Shown here: positions 40,290 to 49,556 of the stretch, piece by piece | Position numbering within the stretch: position 1 is the stretch's first letter | Layout of the letters: each line of letters opens with the position of its first letter | Source of the DNA: Bacteroidales bacterium | GTDB taxonomy: Bacteria; Bacteroidota; Bacteroidia; Bacteroidales; UBA12077 | Assembly (NCBI GenBank): GCA_028282585.1 | Contig: JANQHR010000062.1 | Coordinates: 1-64,000 of the forward strand | Direction of reading: 5' to 3' | DNA: 64,000 nt | Translations under genes and position numbers: made by a program | The notes under the pieces: generated by a model | Seen by the model: only the letters and a program-made list of their open reading frames with translations | The model's database searches: none | What the model was told of the DNA's origin: nothing

Positions 40290-42353
40290 CTATTTTGATT
40301 CTGTTTTTAGATTATCTTTTGAAAATTGTAATATCATTTTGTTAGTATCCATTACCAATGCGACTGTCCCATCACCAAGAATTGTAGCACCCGAGATAAT
40401 CTCCTGATTTTTAAACAATTTACCTAGTGCCTTTAAAACAGCTTGATATTCTCCAACTACTTCATCCACAACAATTCCTATTTTTTTGTCTTCATAACTT
40501 ACAACAATTATTTGTTCATGCTCTTCTTTATTATTAGGAAGATTAAATTCTTCCCGTAAATAATAAAACGGAATTCGTTCTCCATCAAGAACAATTAAGT
40601 TATTAAATTTATTTACTACACTTTCCTGGTCGGTAGAATATATTTTGCCAACAACAGAAAGTGGAATAATATAATGGTTATCGGAAATTTTAACTAGTAA
40701 GCCATCGATAATGGATAATGTTAGTGGTAATTTTATTGTAATTGTAGTACCTTCATTAATTTCTGAATCAACTTCAACTTCACCCCTAACTTCAGCAAGT
40801 TTTCGTTTAACTACATCCATACCAACCCCTCTGCCTGATACATCAGTTACGTTCTTGGCCGTAGAAAAACCAGGTTCAAATAATAGGTCAAAAATTTCCT
40901 TACGGGATAATTCTGCATCTTTACTTATTAAGCCTTTTTCAACTCCCTTTAATCTTATTTTTTCCGGATCAATTCCGGCACCATCATCTTTAATTTTTAT
41001 ATGAACATTAGTTCCTGAATAGTATGCTTTTAAAAGAATCGTACCTTGTTCGGGTTTACCTGATTTAATTCTTTCATCAGGTGACTCAATACCATGATCA
41101 ATACAATTTCTTAAAATATGTAATAACGGATCAGTTAATGTTTCGATAATGGTTTTATCTAATTCTGTTTCTGCACCTTCTGCTATAAATTTTACACTTT
41201 TATTTAATTCATTCGAAAGGTCTCGAACTAATCTTTGAAAACGGGTTAACATCGTTTCGATTGGAACTAAAACAATATCAAACGCATTATCTCTTAATTG
41301 TCGGGTTATTTTTTGCACATTTTCCGCTATAGAAACCAGTTCCGAACTTCCTGAGTTTTCAGCATATAGGCTTAAGCGGGCCTGCGTAGTTACAAGTTCA
41401 CTTACCAGGTTCATCAAATTGTCCAGTTTTATAGATGAAACCCGAATACTTGATATAATATTTTCCTTTACACTAGGCGCATTTGTAAATCTTTTACTAA
41501 CATCATCTACTTGCTCGTCTGATATTTTTTGCTCAGCATATTTCTTAATGATCGTTTGAATTTCTAATAACCCAACATCGTTTTTAGATAAAGCAAGATT
41601 TGATATTTCTTGCATAATATTTTCGTTTTGAACGATATTATGATCAACAATCTCGTTAATCTCAAGCTTACAATCATCTTCAACAAAAATGAAAACATCT
41701 GATATTGAATTTACGTCTTCTGAAGTTGCCAAAATAGCTTCCCAGTATACATAACATCTGGTTATATCAATATTTTCAGAATCAGGCACTTTATTAAAAT
41801 GAGAAAACACTTTACAATCACCTAACCCATGTAATTCATCAATTAAGAACAATGGGTTCGTACCATCATTAAAAATATAATCGTTGGGCTCGAAATATAT
41901 ATAATAACTCCGTATCCCGGAAGATTCTTTTTCATACTCCCCTTTTTCTTCCCGAATATTATTTTTATTGTCGTCGTCAATTATTTTTTTGATTTGCACA
42001 ACCAGTTCGGTGTGTCTGTTTTTTGTCTGTTGCGAACTTAAATCAGGATCAGATAAAAGAGTTTTAAGATGATCAACAGATGCTAACGTAACATCAAGTA
42101 AATTTCTTGTGATTTTTAATTTACCATTTCGGACTAAATCATAAATATTTTCCAAATCATGCGTGAATTCACTTAATTTGGCAAATCCAAACATGGCACC
42201 ACCACCTTTAAGTGAATGCATATCCCTGAAAACACTCTCAATAATTTCTTTATTTTCCGCATCATTCTCTAAAGCAAGAAGAGATTGTTCAAGGTTTTCA
42301 GTCTTTTCAGCTGCCTCTTCAAGAAATTTACTTCGAAATTTATCTATATTCAT
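40290..42353 (-). CDS. cheA: Chemotaxis histidine kinase
   Basis: Hpt (FRDMHSLKG), RNCIDHGIE, GFSTA..SGRGVGMDVV, C-terminal CheW domain. Confidence 0.97.
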   Translation of the reverse strand: MNIDKFRSKFLEEAAEKTENLEQSLLALENDAENKEIIESVFRDMHSLKGGGAMFGFAKLSEFTHDLENIYDLVRNGKLKITRNLLDVTLASVDHLKTLLSDPDLSSQQTKNRHTELVVQIKKIIDDDNKNNIREEKGEYEKESSGIRSYYIYFEPNDYIFNDGTNPLFLIDELHGLGDCKVFSHFNKVPDSENIDITRCYVYWEAILATSEDVNSISDVFIFVEDDCKLEINEIVDHNIVQNENIMQEISNLALSKNDVGLLEIQTIIKKYAEQKISDEQVDDVSKRFTNAPSVKENIISSIRVSSIKLDNLMNLVSELVTTQARLSLYAENSGSSELVSIAENVQKITRQLRDNAFDIVLVPIETMLTRFQRLVRDLSNELNKSVKFIAEGAETELDKTIIETLTDPLLHILRNCIDHGIESPDERIKSGKPEQGTILLKAYYSGTNVHIKIKDDGAGIDPEKIRLKGVEKGLISKDAELSRKEIFDLLFEPGFSTAKNVTDVSGRGVGMDVVKRKLAEVRGEVEVDSEINEGTTITIKLPLTLSIIDGLLVKISDNHYIIPLSVVGKIYSTDQESVVNKFNNLIVLDGERIPFYYLREEFNLPNNKEEHEQIIVVSYEDKKIGIVVDEVVGEYQAVLKALGKLFKNQEIISGATILGDGTVALVMDTNKMILQFSKDNLKTESK

Positions 42354-42718
42354 TATCTTAATACTTTTTTAAGTGCTGCAATTAGTTTGGCAGGTACAAA
42401 TGGTTTAATAATCCATCCGGTTGCTCCAGCTTCCTTGGCTTCCATTTTTTTAGAAGCCTGAGACTCAGTAGTAAGAAATAAGATTGGAATTCGCTTATAT
42501 TGATCCGTTGCGCGAACGCTTTTTATAAACTCAATACCATTCATTTCAGGCATGTGAAGGTCGGTTATTATTAAATCGATATGTGAACCGTCCAGAAATT
42601 TTAAAGCGTCTTTTCCATCCACTCCGACTAATACATCGTAACCCTCATTTTTAAGAGTGAAGCTTACAACTTCACGTATACTTTCTGAGTCATCGACAAT
42701 TAAGATAGTTTTACTCAT
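42353..42718 (-). CDS. cheY: Chemotaxis response regulator
   Basis: VDDS, ITDLHMP, LTTES, GATGWIIKPF; adjacent to cheA. Confidence 0.92.
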   Translation of the reverse strand: MSKTILIVDDSESIREVVSFTLKNEGYDVLVGVDGKDALKFLDGSHIDLIITDLHMPEMNGIEFIKSVRATDQYKRIPILFLTTESQASKKMEAKEAGATGWIIKPFVPAKLIAALKKVLR

Positions 42719-42731
42719 AATAATATCAATA

Positions 42732-43049
42732 TTATTTAATTATTTTTGTAATATCTGAATTACTGAACAGAACATTCTGTTCTTCATTTAAATCAATGTT
42801 TAAAATCAAATTCTTTTTAGTTTTTTCAGCAGTTTTTTGAATTGATTTTATCAACTGAACAAAGGTTAAATCCATATTCTTTATTGACTTTCCAATAATT
42901 TCGATAGTTTCGTATTTGTTTACTGCATTTATTATATCATTTTTAATATCCTCAATTGAATATATGGTAAGCTCATCAATTAAATTGATTTCTACTTTAC
43001 TTTCTCCTTTTTTTCTTGAGGGTTTAATCTGAATTTTCTTTGTACTCAT
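42732..43049 (-). CDS. STAS-like small protein
   Basis: ELTIYSIEDIK..NMDLTFVQLI; position upstream of cheY. Confidence 0.65.
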   Translation of the reverse strand: MSTKKIQIKPSRKKGESKVEINLIDELTIYSIEDIKNDIINAVNKYETIEIIGKSIKNMDLTFVQLIKSIQKTAEKTKKNLILNIDLNEEQNVLFSNSDITKIIK

Positions 43050-43061
43050 AAGATCGTTATT

Positions 43062-44876
43062 TTAGAAAAACTCTATTTCATCATCTTCTTTAATATCAAA
43101 ATCTATTTCAGCTTCTTCTCCTTTAGCAACTTTGTCATGAATGTTATGCTCCGTTTCCATGGTATAATATTGCTTAATATTTTCCAGATTCTCTTCTCTT
43201 GAAATTCCGTCAAGCTCCTTATTTAACTTAAGTTTATAATTCACTGTATTTAACTCTGTAATAATTTCCTGAATTACCTTTTCGAAATACTCATAGTATT
43301 TAATTCTTGAAATAGAATTTTTAATATTTTTAATTACTACTTTGCTATCGTTGTTATTATTTTGTAGAAGCGTTTCAATCTCATTCCCGGAAGCTTTCAA
43401 CAAGTCAATTTGAGTTCTTAGTTCTGAAAAATTAGTTTCACTCAATAAACCTTGATCTGTTTTATTTACAAATCCTTCAATATTATCTTTTAATGTAAAC
43501 AAATAGTCGTATAATGAATTAAGTTTTTGTGAATTATCTTTTGTTTCTTTCAGCAAATTAATGAATTGGCTATTTGCCTTTTTTAGGTTTGAATCACTAT
43601 TAAAAAGTTCCTCAAAATATTTTTTTGATTCGTTCAGCAATTCTTCTAACTTAAAAGATGATTTTCTAAAGTTTTCAATAATGTTCTCTGACTGAAGGTA
43701 CTTATCGTGAATATTATTTAGTTCTGCATCAAGAATCTTAGTTTGATGGTTATAATTGTCGATAAATAAGTTTGCTTTATTAATATAAGAATCAATTCGT
43801 TCAAACATTCTATTATAGTTAACTTTTCCGTATGAATAAACTCTTTGAGACTTATATGTAATTTCCTGGATATTATCTCCGATTAGAATAAAATTATCAA
43901 TAATAACCTCTATTGCGGATTGATACTCTTTATTTGCCTGTATTAACTGTGCAGCTTGTAATCCGGAAATATCTCGTATTCTTAAAAAACATTTTACTTT
44001 TTCATTTAGTTTATTTGCTTCTAAATTGGTTTCATTAAACTCAACAAGTTCCTTAATTAGATCTTTATGCGTATTCTGGATATGCTCCATCTTTTGTTTT
44101 ATAATGTCCTGATATTGAAGCTTTTTTACTATTTCCGTGTTACTATTTTCTAAACTTCCTATTTTTTCTTTTATATTAGGAATTAAGTTTTTGTTATCCT
44201 CATTTTTTTTATCGATCAGTTCAATGCTTGATTGAATTTCTTTTAATAAGCTTTCAAGATTTACTTCATGTAATCCATTTAAATCCTTAATTCTTTTGTA
44301 AGAACTTTTAGCAATTTTACTTAACTGATTAAATGAGTTAATAATATTATCGGTAATAAGCTTAATACTTTCAATTAACTTTTCGGTTTGCAAATAAATA
44401 TTTTCCAAATATTCGTTTTCTGATCCTTTGCTATATGAAAGGGATACTTTTAAATTTGCAATTAAGTAATTTAAGCTCATTAAATTTTGGCTATAACTTT
44501 TGATTGGGAAAAAAATATGTCTTATATGATTAGATAACTTCTCTAACTGATCAGATATAACAACGATTCTATAATCCAGAACTTCAAACTGGATCTTCAA
44601 TTTTTCGTATAGCTCATTAATTATTTGATAAAGATTATTGTTTTTATTAATATTTGAAGTATTACAAACTACTCCAACATTATTAGTTATTCGGTTAGAC
44701 TGGCTATAAATTTCTTTATAACTTTTGTTCAACTGCAAAAAATCCTCTGCTGACTTATTATGTAATGATATTAATCTCTTATCTATTTTTGTAAATAGAT
44801 CTGTAATATCCTTAACCGAATAAGTTTTCAGCAGTGAATTTAGATGTATAGTAAATTCTTCTTCTCGTTCAGACAT
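43062..44876 (-). CDS. Soluble coiled-coil, divergent chemoreceptor-like protein
   Basis: LQYQDIIKQKMEHI, YTMETEHNIH, C-terminus DEIEFF. Confidence 0.7.
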   Translation of the reverse strand: MSEREEEFTIHLNSLLKTYSVKDITDLFTKIDKRLISLHNKSAEDFLQLNKSYKEIYSQSNRITNNVGVVCNTSNINKNNNLYQIINELYEKLKIQFEVLDYRIVVISDQLEKLSNHIRHIFFPIKSYSQNLMSLNYLIANLKVSLSYSKGSENEYLENIYLQTEKLIESIKLITDNIINSFNQLSKIAKSSYKRIKDLNGLHEVNLESLLKEIQSSIELIDKKNEDNKNLIPNIKEKIGSLENSNTEIVKKLQYQDIIKQKMEHIQNTHKDLIKELVEFNETNLEANKLNEKVKCFLRIRDISGLQAAQLIQANKEYQSAIEVIIDNFILIGDNIQEITYKSQRVYSYGKVNYNRMFERIDSYINKANLFIDNYNHQTKILDAELNNIHDKYLQSENIIENFRKSSFKLEELLNESKKYFEELFNSDSNLKKANSQFINLLKETKDNSQKLNSLYDYLFTLKDNIEGFVNKTDQGLLSETNFSELRTQIDLLKASGNEIETLLQNNNNDSKVVIKNIKNSISRIKYYEYFEKVIQEIITELNTVNYKLKLNKELDGISREENLENIKQYYTMETEHNIHDKVAKGEEAEIDFDIKEDDEIEFF

Positions 44877-44897
44877 GTTAATTCAAATAAAGAAATA

Positions 44898-45278
44898 TTA
44901 TGCTTTTATTGTTAACGCATTACCTATTTTCTCAAGAAATTCCGGAATATTAATAGGTTTTTCAATCACATCAATAGCTCCTAATTCTTTTGCCATCAAT
45001 CTATTTTCTTTATTGGCAAAAGCTGTAACAATAATTATAGGTATATCTTTAAAAATTCCATTTGACTTTAGTCTTTTCAATAAATCAAATCCGTTTTCAT
45101 TCGGCATAAGCAGATCTAACAAAATTAGATTAGGAATGCTTCTTGTTAAAGAAACAAGTGCCTCTTTAGCACTATAAGCCTTTTCTACATTACATCCAGC
45201 ATCTTCCAGAATAGCCTCTAACAAAACCAAATTAGTTTCTGAATCATCCACAATAAGTATGTTATTTCCTTTTATCAT
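44898..45278 (-). CDS. Single-domain response regulator
   Basis: VDDSETN, LLDLLMP, VTA, KP. Confidence 0.92.
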   Translation of the reverse strand: MIKGNNILIVDDSETNLVLLEAILEDAGCNVEKAYSAKEALVSLTRSIPNLILLDLLMPNENGFDLLKRLKSNGIFKDIPIIIVTAFANKENRLMAKELGAIDVIEKPINIPEFLEKIGNALTIKA

Positions 45279-45474
45279 AATGTATAATTTTTATTCAAAT
45301 GTTATAAAAACGCTCTTTCTAAATTAACAATGTAAAAGTAAGGATTGAACATAATTGCATACAAATAAAACATGATGACATAGATTACCACGAAGTGATG
45401 ATTTAAATCACCAAAAATAATAATGATGAGGAGTTTTCAAAAGAATTTAATAAATTTACGGAAATGGCAACCTT

Positions 45475-46158
45475 ATGATTACAAACAAACCTAATGTTCT
45501 TAACACTCTTTTACCGGAAGGTGATATTTTAACAAATCAACAAACTGAATTAATTAAATCGAAAGGTAAAATAATTTCTTTTCAAAAAAAGGATGTTATT
45601 TTTAGACAAGGTACGATTACTTCACACGTAATGTTTTTGGAATCGGGTCTTGTTAAACTTTCCAGGGAAGGAAAAAATGAAAGATCTTTAATAATTAAAA
45701 TCGCTAAAGCGGGTGAATTTATTGGGTTAATATCGATGTTTGATAATGAGATTTACCAATATTCTGCTACCGCTATTGAAGATGCTAAAGTATTTTTTAT
45801 TGATTTTAAAATCTTTAATACAATTCTATTAGAAAATGGAAGCTATACCGTTTATCTGTTAAAAGAAATTGCAAAAGACAATTTAAGTATTTTTGATCGT
45901 ATTATTTCCCAGTATCATAAGCAACTACCTGGTAAGATTGCCGATATTATTTTATACTTTTCTACTCACATTTATAATTCTGAAACTTTTGAATTTCCCA
46001 TAACACGTAATGAATTAGCAGAACTAGCCGGTACCACAAAAGAAAGTTTTATCCGTACTCTTGCCGAATTTAAAAATGATAAAATAATTGAAATTCAAGG
46101 TAAGCTGATAAAAATTAATAGCATAGATATTATAAAAACTCTTAGCAGACTTGGATAA
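45475..46158 (+). CDS. Crp/Fnr family transcriptional regulator
   Basis: cNMP-like domain (GEFIG) and HTH (TRNELAELAGTTKESFIR); no Fnr cysteines. Confidence 0.92.
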   Translation: MITNKPNVLNTLLPEGDILTNQQTELIKSKGKIISFQKKDVIFRQGTITSHVMFLESGLVKLSREGKNERSLIIKIAKAGEFIGLISMFDNEIYQYSATAIEDAKVFFIDFKIFNTILLENGSYTVYLLKEIAKDNLSIFDRIISQYHKQLPGKIADIILYFSTHIYNSETFEFPITRNELAELAGTTKESFIRTLAEFKNDKIIEIQGKLIKINSIDIIKTLSRLG

Positions 46159-46529
46159 TGAGAAAATATAATATTCTAATTGTTGATGACATTTTAATGA
46201 ACAGGGTTTTACTAAAAGAATTATTGCTCGATATAGCAAATGAAATCAAAGAAGCAAAAAATGGCCTTGAGGCATTAGATATAGTAAAAACAAACAACAT
46301 CGACATAATTTTAATGGACATTGAGATGCCAAAAATGAATGGTTTGGAAACAACTAAATATATAAGAACAGTATTACCTCGTCCTAAAAGTAATTTACCT
46401 ATAATCGCGTTAACCGCGCATAACCCGAATGATTTTTTTGAAGATTTTTCGGAAGCGGGATTTAATGATCTTCTAACTAAACCATATTCTTTTGATAAAA
46501 TCAAAAAAGCAATTGATTCAGCATTATAA
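46158..46529 (+). CDS. Single-domain response regulator
   Basis: VDD, LMDIEMP, ALTA, KP. Confidence 0.92.
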   Translation: MRKYNILIVDDILMNRVLLKELLLDIANEIKEAKNGLEALDIVKTNNIDIILMDIEMPKMNGLETTKYIRTVLPRPKSNLPIIALTAHNPNDFFEDFSEAGFNDLLTKPYSFDKIKKAIDSAL

Positions 46530-46543
46530 TAAACTTGTTAAAT

Positions 46544-49129
46544 ATGAAAAAAATAAATCGATTATTTGTAATCTTTATTCTTTCTTCTATTGTATATAGT
46601 AGCTGTAAAGACATTAATCCAAAACTAATTGAACCAGGAGTATCTAAAGAATTAGCGACTCTAAGAGAAAAACAATTAAGTGATATAAAATACTTTTTGT
46701 CTTTTTCAGTTCCCGATTCTGTAAACGAAAAGGTACAAGGACATAGCATTATTGAATTCAATTTTAATAAGGAATTAAACAAACCTCTTATTCTTGATTT
46801 TAGAAACCCGGAGACTTTCGTAAAATCAGTTAAGATTGATAAAAAGGAAATTAATTATGAATTTAAAAACGAACATATTATTATAAATGCCAAATTACTT
46901 CAAAATGGGAAGAACAAACTTGAAATTGAATTTGTAGCCGGTGATCGCGCATTAAATAGAAACACTGAATATTTATATACATTATTTGTACCTGACAGGG
47001 CCTGTACAGCTTTTCCAAGCTTTGACCAACCTTCTTTAAAAGCTAAGTTCCAAACTGAAATAAACGTTCCTGGAGAATGGATATCTGTAGCAAATTCTCC
47101 ATTAATTGATAAAAAAGAAGAAAATAGTCGTTCTATCTATATTTTTGATGAAACAGAACCAATTTCAACTTATATCTTTTCGTTTGTTGCGGGAAAATTT
47201 CAATCTGTTTCTAAAACCTACGATGAAAGAGAAATTATTATGTATCATCGCGAAGATGATTTGGATAAGGTAAAAAATAATACCAATAAGATCTTTGATT
47301 TACATTACGGCTCTCTAAAATGGCTTGAGGAATATACACAAATAGAATATCCGTTCACCAAATTTGATTTTGTAATTATACCTTCCTTCCAATATTCCGG
47401 CATGGAACATCCGGGTGCAATTCTTTATCGCGACTCCAGGTTATTTCTTGAAAAAAATGCTACAATAAGAGAAAAATTGAACAGAGCCAATTTAATTGCA
47501 CATGAAACTGCCCATATGTGGTTTGGAGATTTAGTTACAATGGAATGGTTTAGTGAAGTTTGGTTAAAAGAAGTTTTTGCCAATTTTATGGCAGGCAAAA
47601 TTGTAAATCCTCAATATCCAGAGGTAAACCATGATCTTAACTTTTTAATTAATCATTATCCTTCATCTTACTCTGTTGATAGAACAAAAGGAGCAAATCC
47701 AATTGAACAAGAATTGGATAATATGAAAAATGCAGGAACTTTATATGGAAGTATCATTTATCATAAAGCCCCAATTATAATGAATCAACTAGAAAAAATT
47801 ATAGGGAATGATTTGTTAAAAGAAGGTATCCAGGAATACTTAATCCAAAATATGTATGGAAATGCAACCTGGGATGATTTAATTAATATATTAGATAACA
47901 AAACAGATAAAGATTTAAAAAGATGGAGTCACGCGTGGGTATATGAACCAAGAATGCCTCATTATAACGTTCAAAAAGCATATAATGTCAACAATAAGTT
48001 GGAGTCAATAATCATTGAACAATTAGACCCTGCGGGTAAAGGCAGACAATGGAATCAGGAGATTAAAGTTTTATTGGCACATGAGAAAGGAACCCAAGAA
48101 TTTCAGGTTGAATTAAAAGATACATTTTCTGTTGTTAATCTATTAAAAAAGGAGTTGATACCCGAATATGTTTTCCCAAATTCTGATGGTCTGGGATATG
48201 GTTATTTTGAAATTGATAGTATTTCAATCATTGGTATTTTAAATCAATTATCAGAAATAAAAGATCCTGTATTACGATGTTCAATGTATATTTCTCTTTG
48301 GGAAAATATGTTAAATGAAAATATCAATCCGAGCGATCTTTATAAAACATTTTTAGAAACTCTGGATTCTGAAAACAATGCGCAAAATATTAATCTTTTG
48401 CTCGGATATGTAAAATCTATTTATTGGAAATTTACACCAAATAAACAAAGGGATTTATTAGCTAAAGATCTGGAATCCTTCCTTTGGGAAAAAGTTCTTA
48501 GAGCTGGTTCTGCGGGTTTAAAATCTTCTTTTTTCAATGCTTACAGATCAATCATTTTAACTGAAAATGGTATAAATAATCTTTACCATCTATGGAAAGA
48601 TAAAATTGAAATTTCCAACCTGGAACTTACTGAAAAGGATTTTACAAAGATTTCATTCGAATTAGCGTTAAGAAATATTCCAAACACGGAATCAGTTCTT
48701 GATAAACAGTATGAAAGAATAAAAAACACTGAGAAAAAAGATCGGTTTAATTTTATGAGACAAGCTGTTTCAACTCAAGAAAAAGTTCGTGATAATTTCT
48801 TTGAAAAATTAAAAGACGAAAAGAATAGGGAAAAAGAACCATGGGTTATTGATGCTCTTTATTATTTACATCACCCTTTACGCAGTGAGGGATCTGTAAA
48901 ATATTTAAGACCTTCATTAGATATTCTGGAAGAAATTCAGGTTACCGGCGATATCTTTTTTCCAAAAAGATGGCTAGATGCAAGTTTTGCTGGTCATAAT
49001 TCAGTTGATGCAGTAACAGAAGTTAATTTATTTTTAAATGAAAATCCAGGTTATCCTGACAATTTAAAGAATAAAATTCTTCAATCAACAGATTTAGTAT
49101 TCAGAGCAAGCATTATTAATAATGAATAG
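46544..49129 (+). CDS. M1 family aminopeptidase, lipoprotein
   Basis: SGMEH, HETAHMWFG..WLKE zinc motif; lipobox YSSC; ATG at 46544. Confidence 0.93.
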   Translation: MKKINRLFVIFILSSIVYSSCKDINPKLIEPGVSKELATLREKQLSDIKYFLSFSVPDSVNEKVQGHSIIEFNFNKELNKPLILDFRNPETFVKSVKIDKKEINYEFKNEHIIINAKLLQNGKNKLEIEFVAGDRALNRNTEYLYTLFVPDRACTAFPSFDQPSLKAKFQTEINVPGEWISVANSPLIDKKEENSRSIYIFDETEPISTYIFSFVAGKFQSVSKTYDEREIIMYHREDDLDKVKNNTNKIFDLHYGSLKWLEEYTQIEYPFTKFDFVIIPSFQYSGMEHPGAILYRDSRLFLEKNATIREKLNRANLIAHETAHMWFGDLVTMEWFSEVWLKEVFANFMAGKIVNPQYPEVNHDLNFLINHYPSSYSVDRTKGANPIEQELDNMKNAGTLYGSIIYHKAPIIMNQLEKIIGNDLLKEGIQEYLIQNMYGNATWDDLINILDNKTDKDLKRWSHAWVYEPRMPHYNVQKAYNVNNKLESIIIEQLDPAGKGRQWNQEIKVLLAHEKGTQEFQVELKDTFSVVNLLKKELIPEYVFPNSDGLGYGYFEIDSISIIGILNQLSEIKDPVLRCSMYISLWENMLNENINPSDLYKTFLETLDSENNAQNINLLLGYVKSIYWKFTPNKQRDLLAKDLESFLWEKVLRAGSAGLKSSFFNAYRSIILTENGINNLYHLWKDKIEISNLELTEKDFTKISFELALRNIPNTESVLDKQYERIKNTEKKDRFNFMRQAVSTQEKVRDNFFEKLKDEKNREKEPWVIDALYYLHHPLRSEGSVKYLRPSLDILEEIQVTGDIFFPKRWLDASFAGHNSVDAVTEVNLFLNENPGYPDNLKNKILQSTDLVFRASIINNE

Positions 49130-49132
49130 AAA

Positions 49133-49150
49133 AGCCGGATTTCTCCGGCT
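49133..49150. terminator. Bidirectional terminator hairpin
   Basis: agccgga-tttc-tccggct between convergent genes. Confidence 0.65.
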
Positions 49151-49429
49151 CTATTTTTCATTTAAACTATTTAGCTCGTCAAGTAGTTTCATATTCATTT
49201 CATACATCTCCTCTATAATATCTCTGTAATATTCTTTTTTACTCCCATTTTCCGGTGGGTTGTTAACTTTGTATAATAGATTTCTTCTCAACTGCTCTGC
49301 ATCATGCATAATATCCAAAACATTTTCCTGATTGTTTACAGGAGAATATTCCATATACGAGAAACACTCAAGAATAACTTGATTTGCCAAGAAATTAATA
49401 TCCTTTTTTAAATCTCGACTACTCGCCAT
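49151..49429 (-). CDS. Small hypothetical protein
   Basis: Clean 92-aa ORF (RDLKKDIN..EC) between terminators. Confidence 0.7.
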   Translation of the reverse strand: MASSRDLKKDINFLANQVILECFSYMEYSPVNNQENVLDIMHDAEQLRRNLLYKVNNPPENGSKKEYYRDIIEEMYEMNMKLLDELNSLNEK

Positions 49430-49503
49430 TTCGATCTTAAATAATACAAAATTTAATAGAAAGATAGAAGTAAATATTTAAAAATCAAAATCGTTTATAA
49501 AAA

Positions 49504-49531
49504 AACACTCTGCCGTTTGAAGCAGAGTGTT
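49504..49531 (-). terminator. Intrinsic terminator
   Basis: aacactctgc/gcagagtgtt stem downstream of the LysM gene. Confidence 0.75.
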
Positions 49532-49556
49532 AATAATATTCTCATATATTTTATTT

